Numbered from the stretch's first letter, positions 1 through 11,829 are shown. The stretch is DNA of 64,000 bases from Chlorokybus atmophyticus (GCA_009103225.1 RHPI01002503.1:1063076-1127075); one strand, 5' to 3'. Notes: generated by a model not told the origin, from the letters alone. Numbers and translations: made by a program.

Positions 1-200
1 AGCCAGCGGCGTGGCCTGGTGCTCTTGGTATGGAGCACCAGGCCGCCCGCCAGGCCACGAGCGGCGGCCTAACTGCGGTCAGCTGCGGCTCAATTGCAGC
101 TGCAGCTGACCGCAGTCAGCCACCAGAGCACAGTCAATTTCAAGCATTTCAGCCGCTGCCGGTCAGCTTATAAAGTCGGTCCGGCTACAGCCGGCCATAA
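1..200. repeat. Hairpin-containing repeat, inverted copy of ~10660-10855
   Basis: 61-96 is the exact reverse complement of 10769-10804. Looser inverted similarity extends over about 1-190. Contains two stem-loops (GGCCTGGTGCTC/GAGCACCAGGCC and ACTGCGGTCAGCTGC/GCAGCTGACCGCAGT). Confidence 0.85.
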
Positions 201-317
201 CGCACAATAAACACTGCCAACCGGACCACACCTGGTTCGACTATCTACCGGTATAGATGCGCACCAGCCATGGCTGCTACTTTGCATGCTTGTATGAACA
301 GGGACCATTGATGGTCC

Positions 318-545
318 TTACACATGACCATAACCGGTCCGACCTCTAACAGGTTCTGACCGGGACCAGCCTTGGTTCGGTTTTTTGGGGGACCGTGGGA
401 CAATTACGTACTGTTTGGACCAGCCGTGGTCCCCGCGTGCAGACCAAGGCGGGCAACCCTGGTCCGGACCCCAAGCCGCCCGGGCGTTTTGGCCCTGGTC
501 CGTACGTGCGGACCAGGGCTGGTCCGTGGAAAAAATTCCGTGTGA
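318..545. mobile_element. GGACCAG/CTGGTCC-rich segment, probable end of a non-autonomous DNA transposon
   Basis: Many GGACC/GGTCC motifs in both orientations. Shares CCCTGGTCCGTACG with ~15965 and ends in ...TGTGA like ~16850. Confidence 0.45.
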
Positions 546-1005
546 GTAGTATAACTTGACCATATGAGCAGCAAATTAGAAGATCTTTGGTGCGTTGGAA
601 AGGTCTAGAAGTGTACTGCAAGATTCTGCAATTATATCTTAGCTTCTAGTTCCGTGCAGCGCTAGAATCGTCTAGACAGTAGCATGTGCAGACTGGTAGG
701 TATAAAAGTGACAATCTATAATTTGCAATACAACCTTTAGCTCCCTTGTTTCTTGTGTGCAAGCTTGGTGGTGGCTAAAAGGGGTTGCTAGCGTGTGTCC
801 ACTGGTGTGTGCTTGCTTGTGTGACGATCCAAGGCGCTACACAAGTCGGTGTGTAGCTTCGAGCGCATGCGCGTGCGTACGCGAGTGGCGGGGCGCGCGT
901 GTGTGCTTGGCAGAGGGGGCAAGGTTCCGGTGTGAATACCGTGTCTTTGTGAGAGGGTTGTGGATTAGACCAACTCGCAGGTGACAAGGCACGAGCACCG
1001 TCACA
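546..1005 (+). repeat. 5' LTR, lacking the first 212 bp of the 3' LTR
   Basis: 546-1005 aligns with 5921-6380 without gaps; about 9 mismatches in 460 bp counted by eye. Ends ...GTCACA. Confidence 0.95.
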
Positions 1006-1007
1006 TC

Positions 1008-1019
1008 TGGTATCGGAGC
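1008..1019 (+). promoter_or_regulatory. Primer-binding site (tRNA-iMet type)
   Basis: TGGTATCGGAGC 2 nt after the LTR end; close to the canonical TGGTATCAGAGC. Confidence 0.85.
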
Positions 1020-1099
1020 AAGGTTTACGGAGGTGAGAGAGGAAGTGTGTGGGCGTTTACACTTTATATTCGGAAGCGGAGTGTAGTGTGTTAGTGGAG

Positions 1100-4000
1100 A
1101 TGGAGGGTGCTCGCATGGAAGAGCTTCAAGCTGCCATCTTAGCATTAAGAGAAGAGCTTCATCACACGCAAGCGGCGGCACAAGCACAATGCGAGGCGTA
1201 TGAGCATGCGATGGTGCGTGTACAAATTCCCATGGCATCAAGCTCGCGCGTGCATGTGAAGGTGCCAAAGCCCAAGCCATTCAGGGGTTAACGTGATGGA
1301 GATGCAGTGGACGAATGGATTTTTCAAGTATCGTCTTGGTTGAAGCTCACGGAGGTGCCCACGCATCTGCACGTGGAGGTTGCAGCGACATTGCTTGAAG
1401 GTGCAGCACTTGTGTGGTGGAGGCATCGATGTACGCGTGTTGCAGACGGGTTGGCGCTACCATTGACCACCATGGAAGAGTTGGCACTGGAGGTCAGGCA
1501 TCAATTTGTTCCCGTTGAGAGCGTGAAGGCCGCACGCGACAAACTTGCAGCCCTTGTGCAAATGGGGTCGGTGATGGCGTACACGGCCGCGTTTCAGCGA
1601 TTGGTGATGTCCATACCCAATATGACCGAGGAGGAGCAGTTGGACAGGTATACACGTGGGTTAAAACCTTTGGGGCGTAAAGAAGTGGAGCTACGGGACC
1701 CGAAGACACTCGCGGAGGCTATACGCATCGCGGAGCGTCTCGATGCGTTGTACTTCAAGTCCACTACAAGAAACACTGACTGGAGGCAAAGGCATGGTGA
1801 TCAGCCCCGGGGAGGCTTTCAACATGCATGGAGACGAGGAGAACCAAGTTTAGCACTTGCCAATGGAGGTGGAGCTGACTCTGGGCCTGCACCAATAAAG
1901 GTGGGTGCCATACACACGCATGGAAGTGAGGCGAAGCACGGCGGACGTGGTGAAAGAGGTAAAGGTGTGCGCAAGTGTTATGCGTGTGGGTCGACGGAGC
2001 ATTTGGCGTACGGATGCCCCAAACGAAGCATGCAAAGGCCAACACCAGATGGCAACCCTCGCCGTGATCGTCGCGTCAACACCATGGAGCAAAATGGCGT
2101 GGAGCAGGAAAAACTACTTCCCCCAGAAGGTGAGGAGGCTACTGCTGGGGATAGGAAAAAGCCTCATGCACGGACGGATGCTGTGACATTTCCATTAAAG
2201 AAGCAAGAGGAGATGGCTTTGAACGCGCCAATGGTGCTAAGTTATGCAAACGAGGAGACAACAAAGTACTTTGGGCTTCGAGCACACATTTGCGATGACC
2301 AAGGACGATGGAGAGAGTGTAAGCTCATGATTGATAGCGGTGCCAACATCAACTTCATGAGTATTGATATCGCGCGGCGTTACGGTTGGCTTTCATCATT
2401 ACGAGGTGAAGTGAAGCTCGCTGATGGAGAGCCACCCTCTGGAGGTGATGGCGCTGCGTTTATGACCAAAGAGTTGTGTGTTCGCATTGAGAAGATGAAG
2501 GAGAACATGCGATTTTGCTGCATCACCCTACGGAACGGGTTTGACGGGATATTGGGACTACCGTGGCTATGGCAACATAATCCATCCATCAATTGGAGGA
2601 AGCGCGTGCTCACCATCGAACGAAATGGTGGAGAATCCATTCAAGCTGCGTCGGACGTCATCGAGGCGCGGCACGCACAATCAGGTGGTACGACAATTGC
2701 CCAGATCTGTTATGTGCAATTGAGGAAGTTATTGTCTCCACGGAAGGCAAAGGCTGCATGGTTGTGCGTGGTGCGCGAAAACACTGCAAAGTCAGCACCA
2801 GAGCTGAGTGACGATGTTAAGACGGCTACGATGGACCCCGAGGTGTGTAAACTTGTTAAAGAATACCAAGGTATCATGGTGGACGGACTTCCATCTGGTC
2901 TACCACCTCCACGGAGCGTAGACCACCGTGTGGAGCTGATTGAGGGCGTGCACAAGCCACCGTATCGACCCGTATACAAGTTGTCACCTTTGGAGCTAGA
3001 AGAGGCTAAGAGGCAGGTGGCGGACTTGCTGAAAAGAGGCTACACCAGGCCTCGTAAGTCCCCCTATGGTGCACCTATTTTGTTTGTACGAAAGAAGAAC
3101 GGGAGCTTGCGCATGTGCGTCGACTACCGAGCTCTCAACAACATCACAAAGAGGAATTGCTTTCCACTCCCACGTATCGACGAGTTGCTGGAGCAATTGC
3201 AAGGTGCGCAGTACTTCACAACACTTGATCTTGCTGGAGGTTATCACCAAATCCGCATCGCGCCCGAGGATGTGGAGAAAACAGCTTTTAACACACGTTA
3301 TGGGCACTACGAGTGGTTGGTCGTGTCCTTCGGACTTACGAACGCACCGGCAACATTTCAAACGCTTATGAACAGCGTTTTTGCTGACTTGATTGGTAAG
3401 GGAATCCTCGTGTACCTCGACAACATTTTGGTGTATGCGAAAACAAAGGAGGGGCACGTGGCACTTCTACGGCGCGTGTTGCAGCGTTTGCGCGAACACA
3501 AGTTGTACGCCCAGCTACAGAAGTGCAAATTCTTGCTTTGAGAGGTGGAGTACCTAGGCCACATTGTGTTGCATGAAGGCATCAAGCCGGACCCCAACAA
3601 AGTGCAGGTGGTGCGCGAGTGGGCTTCCCCAAACAACGTAAAGGAGGTGATGTCCTTTTTAGGCCTTGCGGGTTATTATCGCAAGTTTATCATGGGGTTT
3701 TTGCGCATAGCTGCTCCCTTGACTGCCCTACTCAAGAAGGGGAAGCCTTGGAGCTGGTCAGCAACAGAGGAACATGCATTTGCTGCGCTGAAGAAGGCGC
3801 TGATGGAGGCACCAGTCCTGGCTCACCCCGACATGGAAGAGACATTTATTTTGGCTTGCGACGCGTCCGACACAGCCGTCGGAGCTGTTTTGCAGCAAGA
3901 CCATGGCAACGGCCTTCAACCAGTAGCATTCTTCAGCAAGAAGATGAGTGGTGCGGAGCTGAATTACCGCATGCACGAGAAGGAACTTTTAGCGCAAGTC

Positions 4001-5713
4001 ATGGCGCTACGACAATGGCGTTGTTATTTGGAAGGCAAAAAGTTCGTGCTTGAGACGGATCACTCTCCATTGAGGTACTTACAAATACAACCTCATCTAA
4101 GTCGCAGACAAGCTCGTTGGCTTGAGTTCTTTCAACTTTTTGACTTCGATATCAAGTACAAGCCCGGTACGTCAAACGGTGTTGCTGACGCGCTGAGCCG
4201 GCTTAATGCAATTGAGGCCCTGGCTCAAGTGCAGCCCGAGTGGACCAACCAGATTCGGCAAGTGCTTCGTGAGGACGCGGAGGGTATGAAAGTGTTGCAA
4301 GAGCTGCAAAATGCAGCTACGGACACAAGTGGGCATTGGTCAATGCGCGACGGGCTGCTTTGGCACCACGGGCGCTTGTACATCCCCAACGTCGCGCATA
4401 TCCGTGTGAAGTTGCTGAAGGAAGCTCATGACGTGCTCATTGCTGGTCACCAAGGGTTGGAGAGGACTTTGGCAAGCTTGAAGCAGCGTCTTTACTGGCG
4501 AGAGATGCATCGCGATGTTCGCGACTACGTGGCGTTGTGCGACGCATGCCAAAGGGTGAAGGCAAGCAACCACAAGCCAGGTGGGTTGCTGCAACCTCTC
4601 CCTGTGCCATTATCCAAGTAGGAGCAAGTTACCATGGACTTTATCACGGGGCTACCAAAGACAAAAGAAGGGTACGACGCTATACTTGTGTTCGTCGACA
4701 AAACCAGCAAAATGGTACGCTTGGCACCGTGTAGTGAGTCTTGCACGGCACCGGAGGCAGCACGCTTGTTCGTGAAGCATGTGTTTCGTTCTCATGGATT
4801 ACCACGAAGCATTGTGAGTGATCGCGACCCGCGCTTTACAAGTAAGTTTTGGGAGGCGCTGCATGGTGCACTTGGTACCACACTGAAGTTTAGCACGGCA
4901 TTCCACCCGCAAACTGATGGGCAAACGGAGCGGGCCAATCGTGTGATCGAGGACATGCTGCGTTCCTACGTTAACGCGCGACAACACGATTGGGCGGAGC
5001 TGCTTGAGTTGGTGAAGTTTGCGATCAACAACCACCACAATGCAAGCACAGGTGTCACTCCCTTCCTTATGAACTACGGGCAACATCCATTGACACCGTT
5101 GACGGCATGGACACCGCGACGACATGACGTGCGTGTGGAGGCAACCAATGACTTCCTTACAAAGTGCGCGGACATTAATAAGGCAGCTAGGGAGGCGCTA
5201 TTAGTGGCACAAAATCGGCAGAAGCAGTACGCGGACGCGCATCGCCGACACCTCACGTTTCAGGAAGGCGACATTGTGTTACTCTCCGCGAAGCACGTAC
5301 AGGTGCGTACGGGAGTTCGCAAGCTGAATAAACGCTGGTTGGGACCATTTAAGGTCAGCAAAGTTGTCTCGGACGTGGCGTACAAGCTGGAGCTACCCGA
5401 CACCATGCGTGTGCACCCCATTTTTCACGTCTCCCTTCTGAAAGCATATCGAGGACAACCGCCAGAAAGGCCGCCCCCCAAAGTTGGCACGGACGGTGAA
5501 CCAGAGTGGGAGGTAGAAGACATCCTTGGTGAGAAGTTTGTGCATGGCGTACGCAAGTTCTTAGTGAAATGGAAGGGCTATCCGTTGCATGAAGCATCCT
5601 GGGAGCCAGAGGCACACTTGACTAATGCTCAAGACGTTGTGCGTGCCTATCTTGCTCGACGACAACCTCGCGAGCTTCGAGGACGAAGCTCACCTGGGGG
5701 AAGAGGAGTGTAG
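1100..5713 (+). pseudogene. gag-pol polyprotein (Gag with CCHC knuckle, aspartic protease, RT, RNase H, integrase, chromodomain), inactivated
   Basis: Motifs: CYACGSTEHLAYGC, LMIDSGAN, YLDN (catalytic YLDD mutated), ILACDASDTAVGAVL, integrase H-H-C-C and FHPQTDGQTER, chromodomain EWEVEDIL..KFLVKWKGYPLHEASWEP. One frame interrupted by stops ending at 1291, 3541 and 4621. Confidence 0.95.
5696..5708 (+). promoter_or_regulatory. Polypurine tract
   Basis: GGGGGAAGAGGAG immediately before the TG start of the 3' LTR. Confidence 0.9.
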
Positions 5714-6380
5714 CAGTCAAGGCCAAATTTTGTGATTTTCATGGCCGTTTTAGGCCTTATTTGTAAGGTACATGTTTTTTATGACTCGTGGCGGTTATCG
5801 GCGAGTTATGAGTCTGCCGCGGATATCGACCGGGGCCCCAAGACCAGTCCGGAAAGTGCCAGAAAACGGAGGGCCAGTCGAGAAGGGCTCGACCAGATTT
5901 CTGGAAGGGCCTGGCGCCAGGTAGTATAACTTGACCATATGAGCAGCAAATTAGGAGATCTTTGGTGCGTTGGAACGGTCTAGAAGTGTACTACAAGATT
6001 CTGCAATTATATCTTAGCTTCTAGTTCCGTGCAGCGCTAGAATCGTCTAGACAGTAGCATGTGCAGACTGGTAGGTATAAAAGTGACCATCTACAATTTG
6101 CAATACAACCTTTAGCTCCCTTGTTTCTTGTGTGCAAGCTTGGTGGTGGCTAGAAGGGGTTGCTAGCGTGTGTCCACTGGTGTGTGCTTGCTTGTGTGAC
6201 GATCCAAGGCGCTACACAAGTCGGTGTGTAGCTTCGAGCGCATGCGCGTGCGTACGCGAGTGGCGGGGCGCGCGTGTGTGCTTGGCAGAGGGGGCAAGGT
6301 TCCGGTGTGAATACCGTGTCTTGGTGAGAGGGTTGTGGATTGGACCAACTCACAGGTGACAAGGCACGAGCACCGTCACA
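5709..6380 (+). repeat. 3' LTR (672 bp, TG...CA)
   Basis: Begins TGTAG after the PPT, ends TCACA, and its last 460 bp match the 5' LTR. Confidence 0.95.
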
Positions 6381-6381
6381 C

Positions 6382-7260
6382 GGTGACATGCACCAGCTGC
6401 CAGCCGTATGCCATCATCGTGGTACACCATGCTTACAATGTCAAATCACGACCAGTCACTGGTGGACTGATGCAAAAGTTATGCATTTGACAAGTTCTAT
6501 CCGACAGAAACAAGATCCGCACTTCACGCGATTTCTTTCGCAAATCCGGCACGCTATTCCTTCGAGCGAACGAATATGAGAGGTCTTAGCATCGTGCGTC
6601 TGTGATTTCCAAACCGTCTTACAAACTCCAGGAGAAATCACGGTCATTTGTTCCCATGTTGTCGACACAATGGTATACAACCATCTCATATTGCAGAAGT
6701 TGTTCCCTGATGCGGTAATTACACAAGTTAACATCAAACACAACTTGCCTGACAACATAATAGACACAAGAATTCTGCAGTTTTAAGAAGAACCTAACTT
6801 TCACCGCATGCAATCGGTGTGCATTGGTGCACGTGTACTCTTCATGAAAACAGATACCCGTCCGGCTATCACGAACGGCTCTACCGGTACTGTCACCGCC
6901 ATTGAACTAGAAACAGATTCGTTGCTAGCTGACATCAAGGCAATCCACGTGCAGTTGCATGACATTAATCGCATAGTCCGGGTCACCCGCAGCGACCGAA
7001 AATACTGCTATAACACACGGCAAACGTACTTCAAACGTACATTCCCTATGCAATTGGCCTATGCTGTCACCGCCCACAAATGTCAAGGAATAACCATTGC
7101 ACATACCGCATACATCGATATTCAACACGCTTTCTGCTTCGGCATGTGGTAAATAGCGCTGTCAAGGGTGACACACAGATCCTACCTCAAGTTAAAGGAA
7201 TTGCCCGCACCACAAGATTTAACACCGACACAAACGTTTCAAAGCAACGAACGAGTCTAA
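6382..7260 (+). pseudogene. PIF1-family (SF1B) DNA helicase, C-terminal half, cut at motif III by the LTR
   Basis: One frame reads GDMHQLPAV, LTSSIRQKQDPHFTRFLSQIR, TNGSTGTV, FPMQLAYAVTAHKCQGITI and GMW*IALSRV. In-frame stops at 6577, 6784 and 7150. Confidence 0.88.
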
Positions 7261-7672
7261 CACGTTGCAAAATACGCGTGGCCTTCTGCGAAACGTCAAG
7301 ACGTGTTAAAATGCCAATATGCATATACGCAGTAAGATCGAAGTAACGTATGAATAACGCTAACTTACATGACCTAACGTTATGCGTAACGCCATGAACG
7401 GATAAGGCCATCGGCATATCACACCAGTCTCATCCGTTGTGATAGGCCGCGGCTTAAGCGCAGCGGCGCGGATAGCCGCATAAAGCAATCGATATGTCAC
7501 TCCAGTAGCATCAGTCGCAATAGGTCGCGGCTTTGGCGGCGGCGGCGGCGGCAACGAAACCACCATTGTTTCAGAACAGATAGGCCAGCCAGCGGCGCCG
7601 TCGAGAAGCCGTAAGTTTTGTGAAACGTCGCGTGCCATTCGTGTCAGAGCATTAACTTCCTGTGCGACACAG

Positions 7673-8865
7673 ATGGCTGACCTCTTCAGCGCTGCGTTCG
7701 ATGCTGCGGTCAAGCAGCTCGACAAGCTTGATCCGGCAACAGACACTCCGTTGAGGGACGAGCCGCTACCTTGGACTGTCAACCAACGGCGGTTGCTGGA
7801 CAGCCATAGGTACTTACCGGAGGAATACTATGACCGCTACGACATTTCCTACAACGACATCGACCGCATGATCACTAAAGGAAGACAGAACGAAAAAGAT
7901 TGGAAGCGCCAACATCAGCAGGAAGTCGGCGCACCTACAGGTAAATGAACCACACGTTCATACTGAGTTTGTAATGACTACAAAGTTGCAAATTGCTACT
8001 GTTCTTGGTAACACCCCAATGATTATCTAACAAGGTCGTGCATTAGGATCCGCCAAATACTTCTTCGCCAAGTTTGGCAAGCAATTCGGCCCAAACATGA
8101 ATAGGTACGACGCGTTCAAGGCGCTCAGCGAGATCATGAACCGGGAACTCGGACGCGACGTAAAGACAAGGGTCATTCAGACAGTACAGCTGTTGGAGAT
8201 TATCTTTTAATGCAAAGCAGCAACGTGGGAAAAGTGCAAGCATCTAACTCAAGAAAAGGCAGCCAAGATCGTTATTGCACTGGACAAAATCGCTGAAAAG
8301 GAAGGAACAACACTGACACCCCAACGTCATAGAAAAAAGATGACTTATCTCCAGGACTGCTTCGACATTGCTTCGCCATCAATATCCCGACGCAATCAAG
8401 CATGTCCACGGTAACACCAACCAGCGCAGAGACCACCACAAAAAAAAAACACACTGGATCCAGCGTGGGAGCCAGCAATACCACCTTTACAAACTGCCGC
8501 ATACACCAACAGGTACAGTACGCATGTGCAACTCGTACATACCCTGCTACAACACAAACAATAACCACCAATTGTTAGGTGGTGTGTACGTGGGGCAATC
8601 CGTTCATCCCCACCAGCGGTACACCCAACACGCACGTAAATCGCCCCAGAAAGTGAAAGATGTGTTGATAGATGCCCCTTTTCAAAAACAAGTCACCATG
8701 GAGGTGATGGGTTCCTACGACTTGCAAGCAGAAATCGACGCGGCGAAAACCGCGCTGACGCTGAAGCTGCGTCGTTAAGGAGTGCCCAACTTGAATACCT
8801 TGGTGGGAGCACCACTAAAGACTCGCCAAGGGTGGCTGTTCAAGCGGAACGACATTATGAAGTAA
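7673..8865 (+). pseudogene. Spliced gene ending in a GIY-YIG endonuclease domain
   Basis: GT-AG introns 7941-8034 and 8513-8578 give HLYKL-HTPTGGVYVGQS...RYTQH and a distal helix plus LN motif (AEIDAAKTAL...GVPNLN). Stops at 8208 and 8776 and a frameshift near 8370. Confidence 0.75.
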
Positions 8866-9261
8866 ATGTCGCCTCCTCATTAAACATTACATGGCATTTG
8901 CTGTATTAGTTGCAACTATATTCCCCAGCATAAACCCGAATAGGTGTATGATTCATGCATGTTTTGCAAATGAAAGCGCATTTGTTAAAAGCGCCTTCCC
9001 CACACAAAGCAAAACACATAGTAACAATATGTGCGACATATAACATTAAAGGCGAAAAACATCATCTGTAATCAAAACTGCCGCACAACTACACGGCTAC
9101 AACTAATAACAACAAAAATCTAAAGTAACCTCGCTACTAAGGCGGAGGACTACCCTCCTCCGACTCCTCGTGCTCTGGCTCCGAGGGTCCACCTCCGCAT
9201 CCGGCGGACCCACCTCCTCCAGGATCTCCTCGATCTCTTCCTGCCGCCGCTGCACTCCTCG

Positions 9262-10201
9262 TCACCTACGACGCCACGCTGCTTTATCGTCCTCAGATGA
9301 AGGCGGAGACTCACATGTCTCTGCTTCTTCGGAGGGCTCCTGGCCGCGGTCGAGCGCCCGCTGCCGGCAACGTGCTTTCGCAACGCGCTGACGCTCTTTG
9401 CGGATGCGGCGCTTCGTCTTCAGCTTCGCCTTCATGATGCGACGGCGGTTGACAATGATGTTGATGTGCCGTGGGTCATGGGCTTGCCACTCGTGAAAGT
9501 CGACGGTGCCGGGGTTCAAGGCATCCCCGCGGAAGACCTTGCTCAGATCACTGTCCTTCTTCATAATTGTGACCCGACGACCATGAAGAGCAAGCAGGTT
9601 CCTGCATCATAACATATTAACATTGACACAACATGTCAAGCATCAATCATAAAACGCCTGCCACCAAGAACAAGCACACAACTCAACTTACATGTCATGC
9701 ATGTATTCGGTGACAAACATGTCCCCAGCATTCTGAAGTGCATTCAGAGCTTCAGCCCTCCAGCGGAAGGTGGGTGTGTGAAACACGTCAGCTGCAACAC
9801 CGCTTCAGTATATATGCAATTATAACAATTCAAATACAGATTACATACCGTATTTCTTGTCAGCAGCGTTAACACATCCGCGCACAACTTTGCTTAAAGA
9901 CAACTTGGGGATGACTGGAGCGGTACTCTTCTGCATCCGCCGGATTTCGCGCAGAGCTTGCGTAACGCGTGGCCTGCATGACCACCCAATTACCAAAAAG
10001 TACATATCAAGACATATGTTAAGACATTTGCTTACTTGCGGCGAGGACGCGCGGGAGGTGCAACCGGCAAGGCTTGATCATGTGCGACAATTGCACCTGC
10101 GCCAGCGGGTGCAGCGGCGGCAACAACAAACCGCCACCAGGACCCCGAGGACGCGGGTAGGCACCATCGACGCGACGACTGCACTGCTTCGTGCATGCCA
10201 T
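9262..10201 (-). pseudogene. Divergent histone H3 variant (CENH3-like) with C-terminal extension
   Basis: Exons 10201-10036, 9973-9849, 9791-9692 and 9601-9262 are joined by phase-compatible GT-AG introns. They read MACTKQ...RPRRKPRVTQALREIRRMQKST...RWRAEALNALQNAG...MNLLALHGRRVTIMKKD. One frameshift lies in exon 1. Confidence 0.88.
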
Positions 10202-10659
10202 TGCCAACACCTACAAACCTGCCCCGAACTACACTCAAGCACGATGATACACAATAGCAGCGACGCAACAACAACTGAGCAGAGCTCAAAGACGTTTTAA
10301 AAATACCAATGCGCCACACGATCCAAAAGAAACACATATGAGCCGCCAAAACGTCGAGGCGGTTTCGCCTGCACAATCGGCTGCCAATTGGCCTACGAAA
10401 CAGCCTGTGGAGCCGTCACCACCCTAGCCCTAAAAGTGCCATTTCACAACAAGAATATGCCGATAACCGTACCTAGTAAACGCGATCGATGCTAATGTGC
10501 ATGACCGCGGTTAACAAACACATGTACAGGCGGGCAGTGAGCATCACCGCTGGTCAAAGAGCCATCATTGGTCTCATGTCGTTTTGTGCACACATGCGAC
10601 GGAGTCGTGGTCCGTATCTATGGTTCATGGCTGGTGCGCGTCTCATGATTTAGTTCAAA

Positions 10660-10855
10660 TCATGGTTAGTTGACTGGCGGGCTACAGTCAGAGCGGTCGT
10701 CAATTGACCGGCAGTAGTAAAATGCAGCGAATCAACTGTGCTTGGCTGCTAACTGCGGTCAGCTGCGGCAATTGAGCCGCAGCTGACCGCAGTTAGGCCG
10801 CCGCTGCTGGTGGCCTGATGCTCCATACCGAGAGCACTCGGCCACGCTGCTAACC
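10660..10855. repeat. Inverted copy of the 1-200 repeat with a perfect 21-bp hairpin (10749-10796)
   Basis: CTAACTGCGGTCAGCTGCGGC-aattga-GCCGCAGCTGACCGCAGTTAG. Confidence 0.85.
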
Positions 10856-10945
10856 AGGTCATGCCGGTCGCTACTAGGCCAACATGGTCAGGTCAAGGGC
10901 GGCGGCCAGGCCATAGGCCATGGCTTTTTTCACCGCCGCCGTCTA

Positions 10946-10993
10946 CAGCCTGGCCTGCTGACACACACAGCCTGGCCTGCTGACACACACACA

Positions 10994-11044
<51 letters not shown>
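10946..11044 (+). repeat. 22-bp tandem duplication running into a (CA)n microsatellite
   Basis: CAGCCTGGCCTGCTGACACACA twice, then (CA)n. Confidence 0.9.
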
Positions 11045-11046
<2 letters not shown>

Positions 11047-11829
11047 ATGCACACACACTTATGCACACACTATGTGCTGCCAATTGCACGACCATGCATG
11101 TGTATGCACAGCGTCACAGCACGTTTACACTTAAAGGCTTTTGTATTTCAACAACATCGGTGACTGTGTGTTGACAAAAAACCAAGAATTAAATCTCTGC
11201 AATGGACCAAGCACATTGCTTGAGAAGTCACTTGCTGCACAGACCAGTGCGCTCTAGACTTCACCCCTTGTGCAGCTCAACCTTGACCCATGCACAAACC
11301 TGCACGATTGGTGTGTATGTGCATAGATGCTTGTTTGGTCAGGGCTTTGCAAGTGTGCGACTGTTCCAGATGCATGTGCAATGCGCAAGTTGTGCATAAC
11401 GTTGCATTAAAATTGGACAAGATGTATGCATATGCATCTGGTGCACTTTACAAACACTTGTACCTGCCACAACCTCACGCCCGGGCCTCCCTTCTAGTTG
11501 AGTGCCACACCTCAGCTGTTATGCGGGGCCTGCACGTGTGCGTTCAGTAGCGTGTGATTATTTATATATATTTGCTCAAAGTGTGCATGTGTATATGCGA
11601 CAACTGTAATTGTCTGATGTGAAGACCACCAACCTACAGTAGGACTGGACAGCCTGCCTGCTTGGCCATGCAGCGAGAATAACGAATGTGCAGCGTTTCA
11701 GCGGTTATAGCGATCCTCGCCACCTGTGAGACCTGTACTGTGGTGTGGTGTGATGTTTGTGTGTGTGGCAATGTTTTATGTGTTTGTTCAACACATGGAC
11801 ACACACAAACAAACAATAAAGTGCTCAAA

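Larger units (their letters stand above)
546..6380 (+). mobile_element. Ty3/Gypsy LTR retrotransposon of chromovirus type, decayed
   Basis: Two LTRs, PBS, PPT and gag-PR-RT-RNaseH-IN-chromodomain order are all present. Confidence 0.97.

Noticed and set aside
757-984. Short ORFs in both LTRs (757-984, 6132-6359)
   Set aside because: They are duplicated only because they lie in the LTRs, with no coding signature.
6382-7260. Definite Helitron call
   Set aside because: No HUH Rep domain or canonical TC...CTRR ends are visible; PIF1 alone does not identify the superfamily.
7360-7782. Minus-strand ORF with a duplicated KPRPI.TD.TGV motif
   Set aside because: It overlaps the likely 5' UTR and intron of the plus-strand GIY-YIG gene; the repeat may be a simple DNA duplication.
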